64,000 nucleotides of DNA from an uncultured Bdellovibrionales bacterium (GTDB lineage: Bacteria > Bdellovibrionota_C > UBA2361 > SZUA-149): the NCBI GenBank assembly GCA_965366815.1, contig CBDUGV010000002.1:758-64757 (forward strand), written 5' to 3'. Below the pieces are notes generated by a model. That model had not been told where the DNA came from. It searched no databases and saw only the letters and a program-made list of their open reading frames with translations. The translations under genes and the position numbers were made by a program. Shown piece by piece: positions 1 through 10,154 of this stretch; position 1 is the first letter of the stretch; every line of letters begins with the position of its first letter.

Positions 1-239
1 GAGCTTGCCGAAACTACGTTCAACAGTTTAGAAATCGATGGTTGAGCGAAAACGCCCAGATGGAGCGATCGACGAGTCTTCCGTTAAGGCCTTGATTAGC
101 TTGATTATTTCCCTGCCCTCGCCAGTAAAGCCAGGGGCAAATTCTCTCGACGCAACTATAATGACAATTTCCATGGGTAATGTTAATTTGGCTGTCAAAT
201 TGTCGCACTGCATTCCTATAACGGGTTGATTCGAACCAA

Positions 240-1298
240 ATGAATTGGGCATCTGTTAGCAAAAAAGTAGTCAAAGTCTTGTTTGTAAATGCGCTGATCT
301 TTGCCGCTCTTGTCGGCACGTCCGAACTCGCAGTGTATTATCTCTATCGCTACCCCCCTGCTATCGAGTTTATTCGAAATAGCGCTCGCAAGTACTATCG
401 CAATTTCCATGCGAGTATTATCAGTTTTGATCCGCGGTGTGCGGTCTACAGCCCTACCCTTTCGTATATATTAAAACCTGGGACATGCACCTTCTCGAAC
501 CCCGAGTTTTCCACCAAAGTCGACGTCAACTCTCGCGGGCTACGAGATGATGAGATATCCCTGAAGGCCCCTGAAATTATCGCCCTGGGCGATTCCTTCA
601 CCATGGGCTGGGGCGTCGAACAGGAGGAAACATATCCACAACAAATTGAAGCAATGACTGGCATCAGGACGCTCAACACCGGCATTGCCTCTTATGGAAC
701 TGCACGTGAGTTTATTCTTCTCGAAACTCTCGATACCTCAAATCTCAAACACCTAATCATTCAGTACAACGGCAACGATGTGAACGAGAATATGGCCTAT
801 ATGTCGACGGGTAATCGTCTGCATACCATGCGTCAATTCGACTATCAGTTTGCTCGAGAGCAAAGACGCCAACAATTGCGTCCGAACTACTACTTTGGCA
901 AATATTTGCGAGAGTTTCTCCCGCGCATGTATGAGAGCGGCAAGAAGTGGGCCAGTGGTGAGCGAAATGATAGTTGGCATACGAATCGCAAAATCACCCA
1001 AGAAGTCGACTTCTTCTTGAATGTTATTCAACACACCAAAGTTGACCTGCGAGGGGTCCAGCTCTATGTCTTCGACCTTTCGAGCTATGGGAGAAACACC
1101 TCGACGTTTGTCGACGAACTCAAACGACGACCAGCGCCAATCCTGCTGAACTATGAGAATGCGCCCGTTTCGATAAAGACGTTTAACGTGAGCGACATTA
1201 TCTCGGATGATGAGTACTACGTGCTCGATAGCCATTTACGACCTGAGGGTCAGCGTCGAGTGGCTGAAAAACTGGTTCAGATGATTAAAGAGGGTTAG
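240..1298 (+). CDS. SGNH/GDSL-family hydrolase with N-terminal TM anchor
   Basis: N-terminal hydrophobic helix. GDSF block (IALGDSFTMGWG), a Gly block (IASYGT) and a GxND-like block (NGNDV) are typical of SGNH hydrolases. Confidence 0.6.
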   Translation: MNWASVSKKVVKVLFVNALIFAALVGTSELAVYYLYRYPPAIEFIRNSARKYYRNFHASIISFDPRCAVYSPTLSYILKPGTCTFSNPEFSTKVDVNSRGLRDDEISLKAPEIIALGDSFTMGWGVEQEETYPQQIEAMTGIRTLNTGIASYGTAREFILLETLDTSNLKHLIIQYNGNDVNENMAYMSTGNRLHTMRQFDYQFAREQRRQQLRPNYYFGKYLREFLPRMYESGKKWASGERNDSWHTNRKITQEVDFFLNVIQHTKVDLRGVQLYVFDLSSYGRNTSTFVDELKRRPAPILLNYENAPVSIKTFNVSDIISDDEYYVLDSHLRPEGQRRVAEKLVQMIKEG

Positions 1299-1324
1299 GG
1301 CGGTTCGATGGCCTACCTACTGCA

Positions 1325-1996
1325 CTAGTGCGCGTCATCCGCCAATCGACCATGGCGAACAATTTCCCCTTCGCGCATATAGATTACTTCTTCAGCCACA
1401 TTCGACGCATGATCGGCAATTCGTTCTAAGTGCTTAGAGACAGAGACTAGGTAGAGGTATTGTTTCGCATATTCGGGGCTCTTCCCAAGTTCAACAGCAG
1501 TCCAATTGTGAAATTCAAAGTTCAAACGATCAACTTCGTCATCAGAACGTAGCACCCTACGTGCTAGTTCCGCGTCAAGCTCAAGAAAGGAAAGCAGGGC
1601 TTTTCGAAGCATTAACTTCGTTTTCTTCGCCATCACAACAATTGTCTCGGGTACTTCGACTCTCTCGAACGGTTCAATCCCCAAAGCACACTTGGCGATA
1701 TTAGTTGCCAAGTCACCAATTCGTTCGAGGTCGTTATTTATCTTTAACGCCGCAACAATAAGTCGCAAGTCGTTGGCCACAGGTTGATGAAGCGCCAAGA
1801 GCTTTAAGCAGTCTTCTTCGATATCGACCTCTAAGAAATCTACTTCCTTGTCTCGCTTTATTACTTCTTCGGCCAAATCTAAGTCAGACAAAACAAGACA
1901 TTTCACCGAGTCGCGAACTTGGCCCTCTACTTGTTTCGCAATCTCGAAAACTTTGTCTTTTAGCTTTACCGTTTCACGGTCAAACAGTTTAGTCAT
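1325..1996 (-). CDS. phoU: Phosphate transport system regulator PhoU
   Basis: 223 aa. Two-repeat PhoU helical pattern (EVDFLEVDIEEDCLKLLALHQPVANDLR...LERIGDLATNIAK) directly downstream of pstB. Confidence 0.85.
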   Translation of the reverse strand: MTKLFDRETVKLKDKVFEIAKQVEGQVRDSVKCLVLSDLDLAEEVIKRDKEVDFLEVDIEEDCLKLLALHQPVANDLRLIVAALKINNDLERIGDLATNIAKCALGIEPFERVEVPETIVVMAKKTKLMLRKALLSFLELDAELARRVLRSDDEVDRLNFEFHNWTAVELGKSPEYAKQYLYLVSVSKHLERIADHASNVAEEVIYMREGEIVRHGRLADDAH

Positions 1997-2021
1997 GCGG
2001 TCCCGCTTAATTCTTTATGTA

Positions 2022-2945
2022 TTATCCAAAACGCCCAGTGATATAATCTTGAGTTCGAGAATCTTTCGGGTTCTGAAAGATGGTAATTGTACTGTCAAAC
2101 TCAACGAGATCGCCCAAATGAAAAAACCCGGTGCGCTGAGACACTCGCGATGCCTGTTGCATAGAGTGTGTTACGATCACAATCGTGTAGTTCTCTCTCA
2201 GCTCATCAATTAAATCTTCAATTTTACCAGTCGCAATAGGATCGAGTGCCGAACAAGGCTCATCCATCAGAATAACTTCTGGATCTACTGAAATAGTTCG
2301 AGCGATACAGAGACGTTGCTGCTGTCCACCCGACAGGCCCGTTCCCGGCGCATCCAGTCGATCCTTTACTTCATCCCAAAGTCCGGCGCGTCGAAGACTT
2401 CGTTCAACTATAGAATCAAGTTCTGCTCGTGAATCGCAAAGCCCATGAATACGAGGCCCGTACGCAATGTTGTCATAGATGGACTTGGGAAAGGGATTGG
2501 GCTTTTGAAATACCATCCCAACCCGTTCACGAAGTTGAACGACATCTACAGCCGAACTATAGATGTCTTCTCCATCAATCAATATCTCTCCGGTAACCCG
2601 ACACCCATCAATCACGTCATTCATCCGATTGATACAACGGAGAAATGTTGACTTTCCGCAGCCAGAAGGTCCAATGAGTGCAACTACTTCATTGCGGGGG
2701 ATAGTCATACTAATGTCCCGTAACGCCAACGTATCTCCATAGTGAACCTGCACGCCACGAGTCGAAATCTTCGAAGAAGCTGCCTCCGTAGACTTTGCCT
2801 CACTCCCCGTCTCAGGTGTTGACTTCTGGGAATCAGCGTTCGTGCCACTTTCTTCTTCTAGGTGCGAACCATTCATCAACAACTCATCATTATGCGATTT
2901 AAGTAAAACACTCGACTCTGCCATATCACTACCACCTCCTCTCAA
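2022..2945 (-). CDS. pstB: Phosphate ABC transporter ATP-binding protein PstB, with a ~50-aa Ser/Glu/Thr-rich N-terminal extension (true start uncertain)
   Basis: Walker [10 protein letters not shown], signature [15 protein letters not shown], Walker [12 protein letters not shown]. PstB-specific LRCINRMND motif. Confidence 0.9.
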   Translation of the reverse strand: MRGGGSDMAESSVLLKSHNDELLMNGSHLEEESGTNADSQKSTPETGSEAKSTEAASSKISTRGVQVHYGDTLALRDISMTIPRNEVVALIGPSGCGKSTFLRCINRMNDVIDGCRVTGEILIDGEDIYSSAVDVVQLRERVGMVFQKPNPFPKSIYDNIAYGPRIHGLCDSRAELDSIVERSLRRAGLWDEVKDRLDAPGTGLSGGQQQRLCIARTISVDPEVILMDEPCSALDPIATGKIEDLIDELRENYTIVIVTHSMQQASRVSQRTGFFHLGDLVEFDSTITIFQNPKDSRTQDYITGRFG

Positions 2946-4215
2946 ACTTCGACCGCAAAAACACTGCCGTTGAATTCATGCAGACTAAGAAAAAGAGAAT
3001 CGCCATAATAGCCGCTGAAGTCTTTTCGACGAAACCCCGCTCAGCACTCTCGGCCCAAAGGTAAATCTGAACTGGTAGCGCAGTTGCTGGCTCGGACCAG
3101 CTCGATGGCACATCCACAATAAAGGCTACCATCCCAATCATCAACAATGGAGCCGTCTCGCCCAGTGCTCGAGAAAGTCCAATAATAGCTCCCGTAAGTG
3201 TCCCTGGCAGCGCCAGAGGCAGAACATGATGCAAGACCACTTGCATCGGAGAAGCGCCCATAGCCATCGCTCCCTGTCGAATCGAGGGAGGAACTGCCTT
3301 GAGGGATGCCCGGCAGGCAATAATAATAACCGGTAGGGTCATCAAAGCCAGCACCACGCCACCTGCGATCGGGGTGCTTCTCGGCAAACCCACTACATTG
3401 AGCAGAACCGCTAGGCCCAGAAGTCCGTAAATTATCGAAGGAACGGCCGCGAGATTATTGATGTTTACCTCAATCAGATCCGTTATTCGGTTCTTTGGAG
3501 CAAACTCCTCAAGATACACAGCAGCAGCGACTCCAAGCGGAAAAGATAGCAGCAAACATACGATCAAACTGAACACCGTTCCAACCATCGCACCGCCGAT
3601 ACCAGCCTCCTCCGGAGCACGCGAATCTCCCGACGTAAGGAAGTTCCAATCAAACTTCTTGACGATCTTAGAATCACTTTGCAAACGATTATACCAAAGC
3701 AGCTGTCTATCGCTTACGCTGCGTCGCTCTGCAGAAAGCTCCTTCGAGATATTGCCCTTGTGGAGCTGGTCGATTTCAGAAGATGCGCGCAAAAGAATAC
3801 GTTGCGTAGTTCCAAGAATGTTTGGATTCCCTGCTACTTTTTCACGAAGCGCGTCCCCTGCATAGGCACTCAACATCTTGCTAAGCTCTCGCTTTTCAGA
3901 GCGATTCGTAACTTCTGAAAAAACGGCATACAGTGAACGCTTGGCCAGCAACATATAGTTGGCATCCTCCAACTCCTCTGCACTGCTCGATGCAGTAATG
4001 CCTAGAGCTTCCGTGTCAAAATGAACCGAAGCCTCGATAAATGTGCCAAAAAAAGCCGAATAACCACTGGAGAAAATGCTGAATAGCAAGAAGAACAAGA
4101 AAGCACAGGCCACAGAAACCGCCGAAGCACCATAGAGTCGAAATCGACGCTCAGCGGCATATCGCGACTTTAGCCGTTTGCTCTTCCTTGCTAGCAAGGC
4201 TTCGTCCTTATTCAT
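2929..4215 (-). CDS. pstA: Phosphate ABC transporter permease PstA (enlarged, 428 aa)
   Basis: Multi-TM protein with ABC permease EAA-like loop ([14 protein letters not shown]). Located between pstC and pstB; 17-nt overlap with pstB. Confidence 0.85.
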   Translation of the reverse strand: MNKDEALLARKSKRLKSRYAAERRFRLYGASAVSVACAFLFFLLFSIFSSGYSAFFGTFIEASVHFDTEALGITASSSAEELEDANYMLLAKRSLYAVFSEVTNRSEKRELSKMLSAYAGDALREKVAGNPNILGTTQRILLRASSEIDQLHKGNISKELSAERRSVSDRQLLWYNRLQSDSKIVKKFDWNFLTSGDSRAPEEAGIGGAMVGTVFSLIVCLLLSFPLGVAAAVYLEEFAPKNRITDLIEVNINNLAAVPSIIYGLLGLAVLLNVVGLPRSTPIAGGVVLALMTLPVIIIACRASLKAVPPSIRQGAMAMGASPMQVVLHHVLPLALPGTLTGAIIGLSRALGETAPLLMIGMVAFIVDVPSSWSEPATALPVQIYLWAESAERGFVEKTSAAIMAILFFLVCMNSTAVFLRSKFERRW

Positions 4216-5581
4216 ATTTCTCCCGATATCGCTTGACGATTTTTAGAGCGAAGACATTGAGCACGAGGGTAATACAAAAAAGCACTAAACCAAGTGCAAA
4301 CGCCGCAAGTGTCTTCGGGCTATTAAATTCTTGGTCGCCTACGAGAATGGTAACAATCTGCACTGTGACTGTAGTTACATTCGACAGCGGGTTCGCTGTT
4401 AGATTTGCAGCAAGACCAGCGGCCATCACCACTATCATCGTTTCACCGATCGCTCGAGAAATTGCCAAAAGCACCGCGCCGACGATGCCCGGCAGCGCCG
4501 CCGGAAACACGACCTTCTTAATTGTCTCAGACTTTGTCGCACCAAGTGCCAAAGAGGCATCTCGAAGTGACTGAGGAACGGCATTGATTACGTCATCAGA
4601 GAGCGAAGATACGAAGGGAATTATCATTATTCCCATAATCGACCCCGCAGCCAGTGCGCTCTCTGATGACACCTGCAATCCGGCCCACTCGCCAATGAGT
4701 CGCACGTGCGGAGCAACGGTGATAGCGGCAAAGAAGCCATACACCACCGTCGGAATCCCGGCCAGCACCTCCATCACGGGCTTTGCAATACCCCGAACTC
4801 GCTTACTCGCGTACTCTGAAAGATAAATCGCCGAAAGTAAGCCGATCGGAACCGCGACGAACATCGCGATCGAGGCAATTAACGCGGTGCCGGCGAACAA
4901 AGGTAACGAGCCAAAGGCGCCCGAGCTACCGACTTGGTCAGCTCGTATTGCCATTTGCGGGCTCCACTTGGTCCCAAACAGAAACTCGGTGAACGGAACC
5001 AGTTGAAAGAAACGCCAACTCTCAAAGATCAGTGAGCAAATAATGCCAACCGTTGTCAGCACTGCGACCGTCGAGCTGAGAAAGAGAAATCCGCGAAAGA
5101 CCCTCTCAACGAAGTCTCGAGCTCGTAGGTCGGCCCGTATGCGGGCCCAGGAAACCCCGAAGCCAATCAAGGCTACCGCGAACAAAAGTATCCAAAGCAG
5201 TCGGTTGCTTGTTTTAGAGAGTGCATTGAATTGCTTGGCCGCTGCTCGAATGGTCTCCGAAAGTGCATCCGGGCGAATTGCTCCACTCGCTGCGTTTCGG
5301 ATCTCAGTGTAGGCAACAGTCGCGGAACTACCCGACGAGAGTAGCTCAGAGTGTCTGTCCAAGACGATGCTCCGCAGCACCATGGGTTCGAAACACATCC
5401 AAAGAAAGAGAACACAAACGACGGGAAGCCCAGCCCAAAGAAGTGAATAGGTCCCGTGATACACCGGGCGAGAACTCAAACGAGTCCGACCGGCCTGGAC
5501 AAGCAATTTCGCTTTTCCAAGGCCGGTCAGATAACTTGCGATCAGCAGACCGCAAAGCAAAATAGATAAGAAAACAGACAT
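4208..5581 (-). CDS. pstC: Phosphate ABC transporter permease PstC (enlarged, 457 aa)
   Basis: Multi-TM permease with ISRAIGETMIVVMAAG motif. Start codon overlaps pstS stop; 8-nt overlap with pstA. Confidence 0.85.
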   Translation of the reverse strand: MSVFLSILLCGLLIASYLTGLGKAKLLVQAGRTRLSSRPVYHGTYSLLWAGLPVVCVLFLWMCFEPMVLRSIVLDRHSELLSSGSSATVAYTEIRNAASGAIRPDALSETIRAAAKQFNALSKTSNRLLWILLFAVALIGFGVSWARIRADLRARDFVERVFRGFLFLSSTVAVLTTVGIICSLIFESWRFFQLVPFTEFLFGTKWSPQMAIRADQVGSSGAFGSLPLFAGTALIASIAMFVAVPIGLLSAIYLSEYASKRVRGIAKPVMEVLAGIPTVVYGFFAAITVAPHVRLIGEWAGLQVSSESALAAGSIMGIMIIPFVSSLSDDVINAVPQSLRDASLALGATKSETIKKVVFPAALPGIVGAVLLAISRAIGETMIVVMAAGLAANLTANPLSNVTTVTVQIVTILVGDQEFNSPKTLAAFALGLVLFCITLVLNVFALKIVKRYREKYE

Positions 5582-6558
5582 TACTGCTTCATTGTTTCCA
5601 TAGTACTTACCGCATTGCGCACTGTTGTGAGCTTCTTAATGTCTAGTGGCACAAGCCCTACGTCGGCGAGATATCCTTCATCTCCCATTGCCGACTCGCT
5701 TGTGAATTCTTTCAAGAAGTCTGCAATACCGGGAATCACGCCAACGTGTGCTTTCTTGACATAGAAGAACAGTGGCCGAGAGACTGCGTATTCATAGCTC
5801 TGAATCGACTCAAGCGTCGGCTCTACGCCCATAACTGTAGCGGCCTGAATCTTATCGCGATTTCCATCGAGATAGCTAAATCCGAAAATACCAAAGGCAT
5901 TCGGATTGGCCGTAAGCTTTTTCACGATGAGCGCATCGTTCTCACCAGCTTCGACTACCGCACCATCCTCACGAAGAAGTTCACAGTCTTTCTCGTTTGT
6001 TTCTTTTACCTTCGGATCACAGCCCGCTTTCATAACCAAGGAGTTCCAAGCGTCTCGAGTTCCCGAAGTAGGAGGAGGGGTAAGAATCTCAATCGCAACA
6101 TCCGGCAGAGCTGGGTCAATATCGCTCCATTTTTTCGGCTTCGGGCCCTTCGCAGCCATGGCCTTCCAAAGCTGATTCAACGTAAAGTCGAGCTTGAGTC
6201 CCTTAACGCTGTTTGAGAAAGCAATTCCATCGTTGCCAACAACTACTTCAACGATATCAGTCACACCATTCTTCTTGCACATCTCGCGCTCTGAATCTTT
6301 GATAGCTCGAGATGCATTGGTGATGTCCGGATGCTTGGCCCCAATGCCAGCGCAAAACAACTTCATACCACCGCCAGTTCCGGTGCTTTCAATAATCGGT
6401 GTCTTAAATTTCCCCTTGCGACCAAACTTCTCAGCGACAACAGTTGAAAATGGATAGACGGTTGAAGAACCGACAATCGTAATCTGATCGCGCGCAAAGG
6501 CTGCTGAGGGCACTGAAAATAACAGCGAAACTGCTATCATCGCGGATAATTTCTTCAT
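5581..6558 (-). CDS. pstS: Periplasmic phosphate-binding protein PstS
   Basis: Signal peptide, ITIVGSSTVYPF start typical of PstS/PBP-like 2 fold, first gene of the pst operon. Confidence 0.85.
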   Translation of the reverse strand: MKKLSAMIAVSLLFSVPSAAFARDQITIVGSSTVYPFSTVVAEKFGRKGKFKTPIIESTGTGGGMKLFCAGIGAKHPDITNASRAIKDSEREMCKKNGVTDIVEVVVGNDGIAFSNSVKGLKLDFTLNQLWKAMAAKGPKPKKWSDIDPALPDVAIEILTPPPTSGTRDAWNSLVMKAGCDPKVKETNEKDCELLREDGAVVEAGENDALIVKKLTANPNAFGIFGFSYLDGNRDKIQAATVMGVEPTLESIQSYEYAVSRPLFFYVKKAHVGVIPGIADFLKEFTSESAMGDEGYLADVGLVPLDIKKLTTVRNAVSTMETMKQ

Positions 6559-6833
6559 CTACGTTTTCTCTCCGATGGAATCTGACTCTCGATCGACTGA
6601 GTCAGCAAAGCAACAGTATGTTGGCATTGCCGCTTTCGCCAAAACGGAACATATACATCCCGCTTGAGAATCAATACATTTATCTGTTCTATGCTCGGAA
6701 TTAACTACTCTGAGCATCTATAGAACCGCTTGCGTTCCAGGCCGAATCAGCGATCGATAAATCCACCGCTAGCGAAGCCCGGTTGCTCGGTTCAGGCAGT
6801 TTCTAACAAGATACTGTTAGAATTAGATTAGAG

Positions 6834-6860
6834 CGGCCGCCTCTGAGGACGAGGCGGCCG
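6834..6860 (-). terminator. GC-rich hairpin (10-bp stem cggccgcctc/gaggcggccg, 7-nt loop) 25 bp downstream of the porin stop. Likely terminator separating the porin from the pstS promoter
   Basis: Perfect inverted repeat read directly. The downstream tract on the - strand is only moderately U-rich. Confidence 0.4.
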
Positions 6861-6884
6861 AGGTAGAGTGGGGGTAAAGAACCT

Positions 6885-8102
6885 CTAAAAATCGACCTGA
6901 AATCGGGTAGTTAAAACGTTTATGGCATCAACATTGTCAAGATCTGCGTACACGTAATTGAGCATGATTCGCGAATTCGGATGCATATACCAGTTCAAAC
7001 CAAGAGTTACGTTCTGAAGTTCACCTCCGGAAACTGCTCCATCGTCCAAATCTACTGAAGAGTATCTCGCAGCGAGTTCCCAAGCACCTGAACCGGGAGT
7101 TTCAGCGATAAAGTCATTGTTGGGTTTTACACGACCGAATGTTCCTTTCCCTAGCTCATAGGGGCGATGCTCACCGGTAATGAAATAGCTGACCATTGCG
7201 TACCAACCTAAGAAATTCGGATCGTCTCCTTCACTGCTATCAACTGAAGCGTTGAAAAATTCGAATTGGGTCGAGAACGGTCCAACGACAGCGGCAAGTT
7301 CCGCACCTGCAATGCCTGCCAGATCTGATTCGAAGGAACCAGTATCAACGTACCGTGGCGATTGATGCACCTCTGGTCGAGATCGAAAACGAATTGAATC
7401 ATCGCTTCGACTTGTAAAGGTGTAAGAGGCACCCAGGTGAATGGTGTTCTGACCTTCTTCTTCATACACAGGCGCAAAAGCTACTCGGCCAGTGTAGTTC
7501 CATGCATCGTCTTCGCCCTGTTCGTTTCCAGCGTCATCAGCGTTTCGAAAAATTCCGGCAGCCCATGTGAGGCGATCTTCTAACGCTGTATTTTGCACGA
7601 GAAAACCAGTATTCCGACTCGGAGTAAATGCTTCTGTTGGCAGCGAGCGTTCGATGAATGTAATATATTTGCTGCTCGTCAATTGTTCCAAGCCAGCAGG
7701 CTCTTTTTGATGCCCGATTCGCAAGCGACCAACTACTGGTATCTTCTTGATACCAACATACATATCCTTAAAGGACGCGTCAGAACCTTCAAAGTCGTAT
7801 TGTGCTTTCCATTCGAAGCGACCATAGAGTTCTCCGGCTACGTAGAGACGAGCCCGACGGAATTCATGTCCGTTTCGTAGCTCCTCTTCAAGAAATTCTT
7901 CGAGCTCGTCGCTACTACTTACATAGGTCGTCCAATCGCTCATGATACGACCACCTAGCTTGATTTTTACATTCTTATCCTCACTCTCGAATCGAATGCC
8001 GTTTTTCCATCCCACATTCAGCGTTTCGGCGGCAACTGTCCCAGGCGCAACCAACAAGCTGAGTCCAAGCACAGAACATACTACTTTACGAAGGTCTCTC
8101 AT
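6885..8102 (-). CDS. Phosphate-selective porin O/P family outer-membrane protein
   Basis: Signal peptide. C-terminal GLNWYMHPNSRIMLNYVYADLDN and RLRIGHQKEPAGLE motifs recalled as Porin_O_P hallmarks. Sits between phoR and pstS. Confidence 0.65.
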   Translation of the reverse strand: MRDLRKVVCSVLGLSLLVAPGTVAAETLNVGWKNGIRFESEDKNVKIKLGGRIMSDWTTYVSSSDELEEFLEEELRNGHEFRRARLYVAGELYGRFEWKAQYDFEGSDASFKDMYVGIKKIPVVGRLRIGHQKEPAGLEQLTSSKYITFIERSLPTEAFTPSRNTGFLVQNTALEDRLTWAAGIFRNADDAGNEQGEDDAWNYTGRVAFAPVYEEEGQNTIHLGASYTFTSRSDDSIRFRSRPEVHQSPRYVDTGSFESDLAGIAGAELAAVVGPFSTQFEFFNASVDSSEGDDPNFLGWYAMVSYFITGEHRPYELGKGTFGRVKPNNDFIAETPGSGAWELAARYSSVDLDDGAVSGGELQNVTLGLNWYMHPNSRIMLNYVYADLDNVDAINVLTTRFQVDF

Positions 8103-8204
8103 CGGATCCTTCCTCCTTAGGTTTGTCTCTTGATGAATTTGTACAACGATAATGAATCGATCTGCCTATTCCGTTTTTTCGGAGCAGAACCCTCATCCGA
8201 AGAC

Positions 8205-8255
8205 GGTTAGGTGATTTCGGTTAGCGATAAATTAGTGGATTGTTAGGAATTCATC
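8205..8255 (-). promoter_or_regulatory. Candidate Pho box: four TTAGG/TTAG repeats at 14, 11, 11-bp phasing upstream of the porin gene
   Basis: ttaggtgatttcgg ttagcgataaa ttagtggattg ttaggaattc at 8207, 8221, 8232 and 8243. The 11-bp helical phasing matches how PhoB/PhoP-type regulators bind. Confidence 0.25.
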
Positions 8256-8286
8256 TGGCCACTCGCAAAGCGACCTGCGCTGAGAA

Positions 8287-9408
8287 TCAGCAGACTGGAA
8301 TTCTGATAAAAAAAGTACTTCCTTTGCCTAAGGTACTTCGCACCTCAACGCTTCCCCCGTGAACGCTGGCAATATGTTTTACAATCGCTAGACCGAGCCC
8401 TGTGCCGCCTACTGTGCGGCTGCGAGCTTTGTCAATCCGATAGAATCGTTCAAACAAGCGAGGAAGATGCTCTGGTCCAATCCCTGGACCCTGGTCTGTT
8501 ACCGAGATTTCAATCAAGTCCTGTAACTTGTTTCCTTTCACAGAAATACTACTGGAAGGGCCACTGTATTTAATTGCATTGCTGATAAGATTGCCGACTG
8601 CTTGCTCTAGTAGAGACCGATCAAAGACTCCCCGTAGCTTTGATGAACATTGTACTTCTATAGAGATATCCTTTAGCCGGGCAACGTCGCTGCACATAGC
8701 CACTGAGGTATCCAAGACCTTATGAAGGAGTTCTTCTTCGGCAAGCAACATCTCCTCAATCTGCACACTCTCCAATCTCGCCAAGGTGAGTAGATCTTCC
8801 ACGATGAGACCGAGTCTATCCGCCTGTTTCCCAACGATTTCGAGAAATCGCTGTAAATCCTCTCGCTCGTCCATTGCACCGTCGAGTAGAGTTTCGACAA
8901 AGCCCTTGATTGAAGTAACCGGTGTTTTAAGCTCGTGTGAGACATTTGCAACGAAATCTCTGCGCACAGCTTCCAAATGATGCAGCTGAGAACCCATCTT
9001 ATTCATAGCTGTGGCAAGCTTTGCTATTTCTCGTAGGCGGTACTCCGGCAGCTTCTGATCAAACTCGCCTTTTGCAAAACGCTCTGCTCCAAGTCGCATC
9101 TCCAGGAGTGGCGGTTGTAACCAACGATAGAGCAGATAACACACCCCAGACATCAAGAGGCAGAGTATGACAGCTAAACCGACGACATCGATCAGCACAT
9201 CCAGTCCAATTTCATCAAAACGCCGACTCACCTCAGCCCAGTCCCCTCCTGAAATGCCAACATGTTCCTGAGCAAGACGCGTTGCCGCATTCTTGAACAA
9301 ATAGGTCGAATAGACAGTGACCGACAGAATCGACAGAAGCGAAAGCGCAACGATTATTGCATAGTACAGCCAGATGGAGGGCTTCAAACGAGAGCTGCGC
9401 CGTTTCAT
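8287..9408 (-). CDS. phoR: Sensor histidine kinase, PhoR-like
   Basis: Two N-terminal TM helices, HisKA H-box VSHELKTPVTSIKGF, HATPase G-box GGTGLGLAIVK. 4-nt overlap with the upstream response regulator. Confidence 0.7.
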   Translation of the reverse strand: MKRRSSRLKPSIWLYYAIIVALSLLSILSVTVYSTYLFKNAATRLAQEHVGISGGDWAEVSRRFDEIGLDVLIDVVGLAVILCLLMSGVCYLLYRWLQPPLLEMRLGAERFAKGEFDQKLPEYRLREIAKLATAMNKMGSQLHHLEAVRRDFVANVSHELKTPVTSIKGFVETLLDGAMDEREDLQRFLEIVGKQADRLGLIVEDLLTLARLESVQIEEMLLAEEELLHKVLDTSVAMCSDVARLKDISIEVQCSSKLRGVFDRSLLEQAVGNLISNAIKYSGPSSSISVKGNKLQDLIEISVTDQGPGIGPEHLPRLFERFYRIDKARSRTVGGTGLGLAIVKHIASVHGGSVEVRSTLGKGSTFFIRIPVC

Positions 9409-10109
9409 TCCTTGAAGCGGTAGCCAACACCGCGAACTGTTTCGATTAGTTTTCCATACTCGCCGAGCTTGCGTCGCAAGCCAACTACTTGTACATCGAC
9501 CGCTCGCTCGGTGACGGAGTAATCCTCACCTTTCACCGCATCAACTATCTGGTAGCGAGTGAAGACCCATCCAGGATGCCGCGCCAAGAAATGCAGGAGT
9601 CGGAATTCTGTAACGGTAAGCGCAATTTCTTCTGAATCTGCTCGTACCGAAAAACGCCCGGGCTCAATTGAAATGCCGTGCAAATCTACCGTCTCCTCTT
9701 CTCCCGCTGGCTGCTTTTTCGAGCGTCGAAGCACTGCATTGACTCGAGCCGCCAACACCTTGGGGCTAAATGGCTTGGTTACGTAATCATCAGCGCCAAG
9801 CTCCAGACCGCGAATTATATCCGATTCTTCACCACATGCGGAAATCATCACAATCGGAATCTCTTCGGTGTCGTCTCGTTGTTTAAGCATTCTGCAGACT
9901 TCAAGCCCGTCTATGCCGGGAAGCATCAAATCCAGAACGACAAGGTCGGGTTTACTGCTCGTCGCCAAGCTGAACCCTTCCTCGCCTGAGCTGGCAGTGT
10001 GGACGCGATAGCCCTCTTTTTGGAGATTGTAGCGAACAAGCTCGAGAATGCTTTCTTCATCCTCAATGACTAATAGCTGTAGTGTATCCATAATAGCACT
10101 ACCTATCAC
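9405..10109 (-). CDS. phoB: OmpR/PhoB-family response regulator
   Basis: Receiver domain (LLVIEDEESIL...DLVVLDLMLPGIDG) followed by winged-helix C-terminus (GVGYRF). Adjacent to phoR and the pst operon. Confidence 0.75.
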   Translation of the reverse strand: MIGSAIMDTLQLLVIEDEESILELVRYNLQKEGYRVHTASSGEEGFSLATSSKPDLVVLDLMLPGIDGLEVCRMLKQRDDTEEIPIVMISACGEESDIIRGLELGADDYVTKPFSPKVLAARVNAVLRRSKKQPAGEEETVDLHGISIEPGRFSVRADSEEIALTVTEFRLLHFLARHPGWVFTRYQIVDAVKGEDYSVTERAVDVQVVGLRRKLGEYGKLIETVRGVGYRFKE

Positions 10110-10154
10110 TTACTCTTGTTAGGACAGTGTTAGGATTCACAAAGAAGCCACGAA

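Noticed and set aside
224-237. The sequence ggttgattcgaacc, which resembles a tRNA T-arm.
   Set aside because: No acceptor, D or anticodon stems could be built around it. No tRNA is called anywhere in the window.
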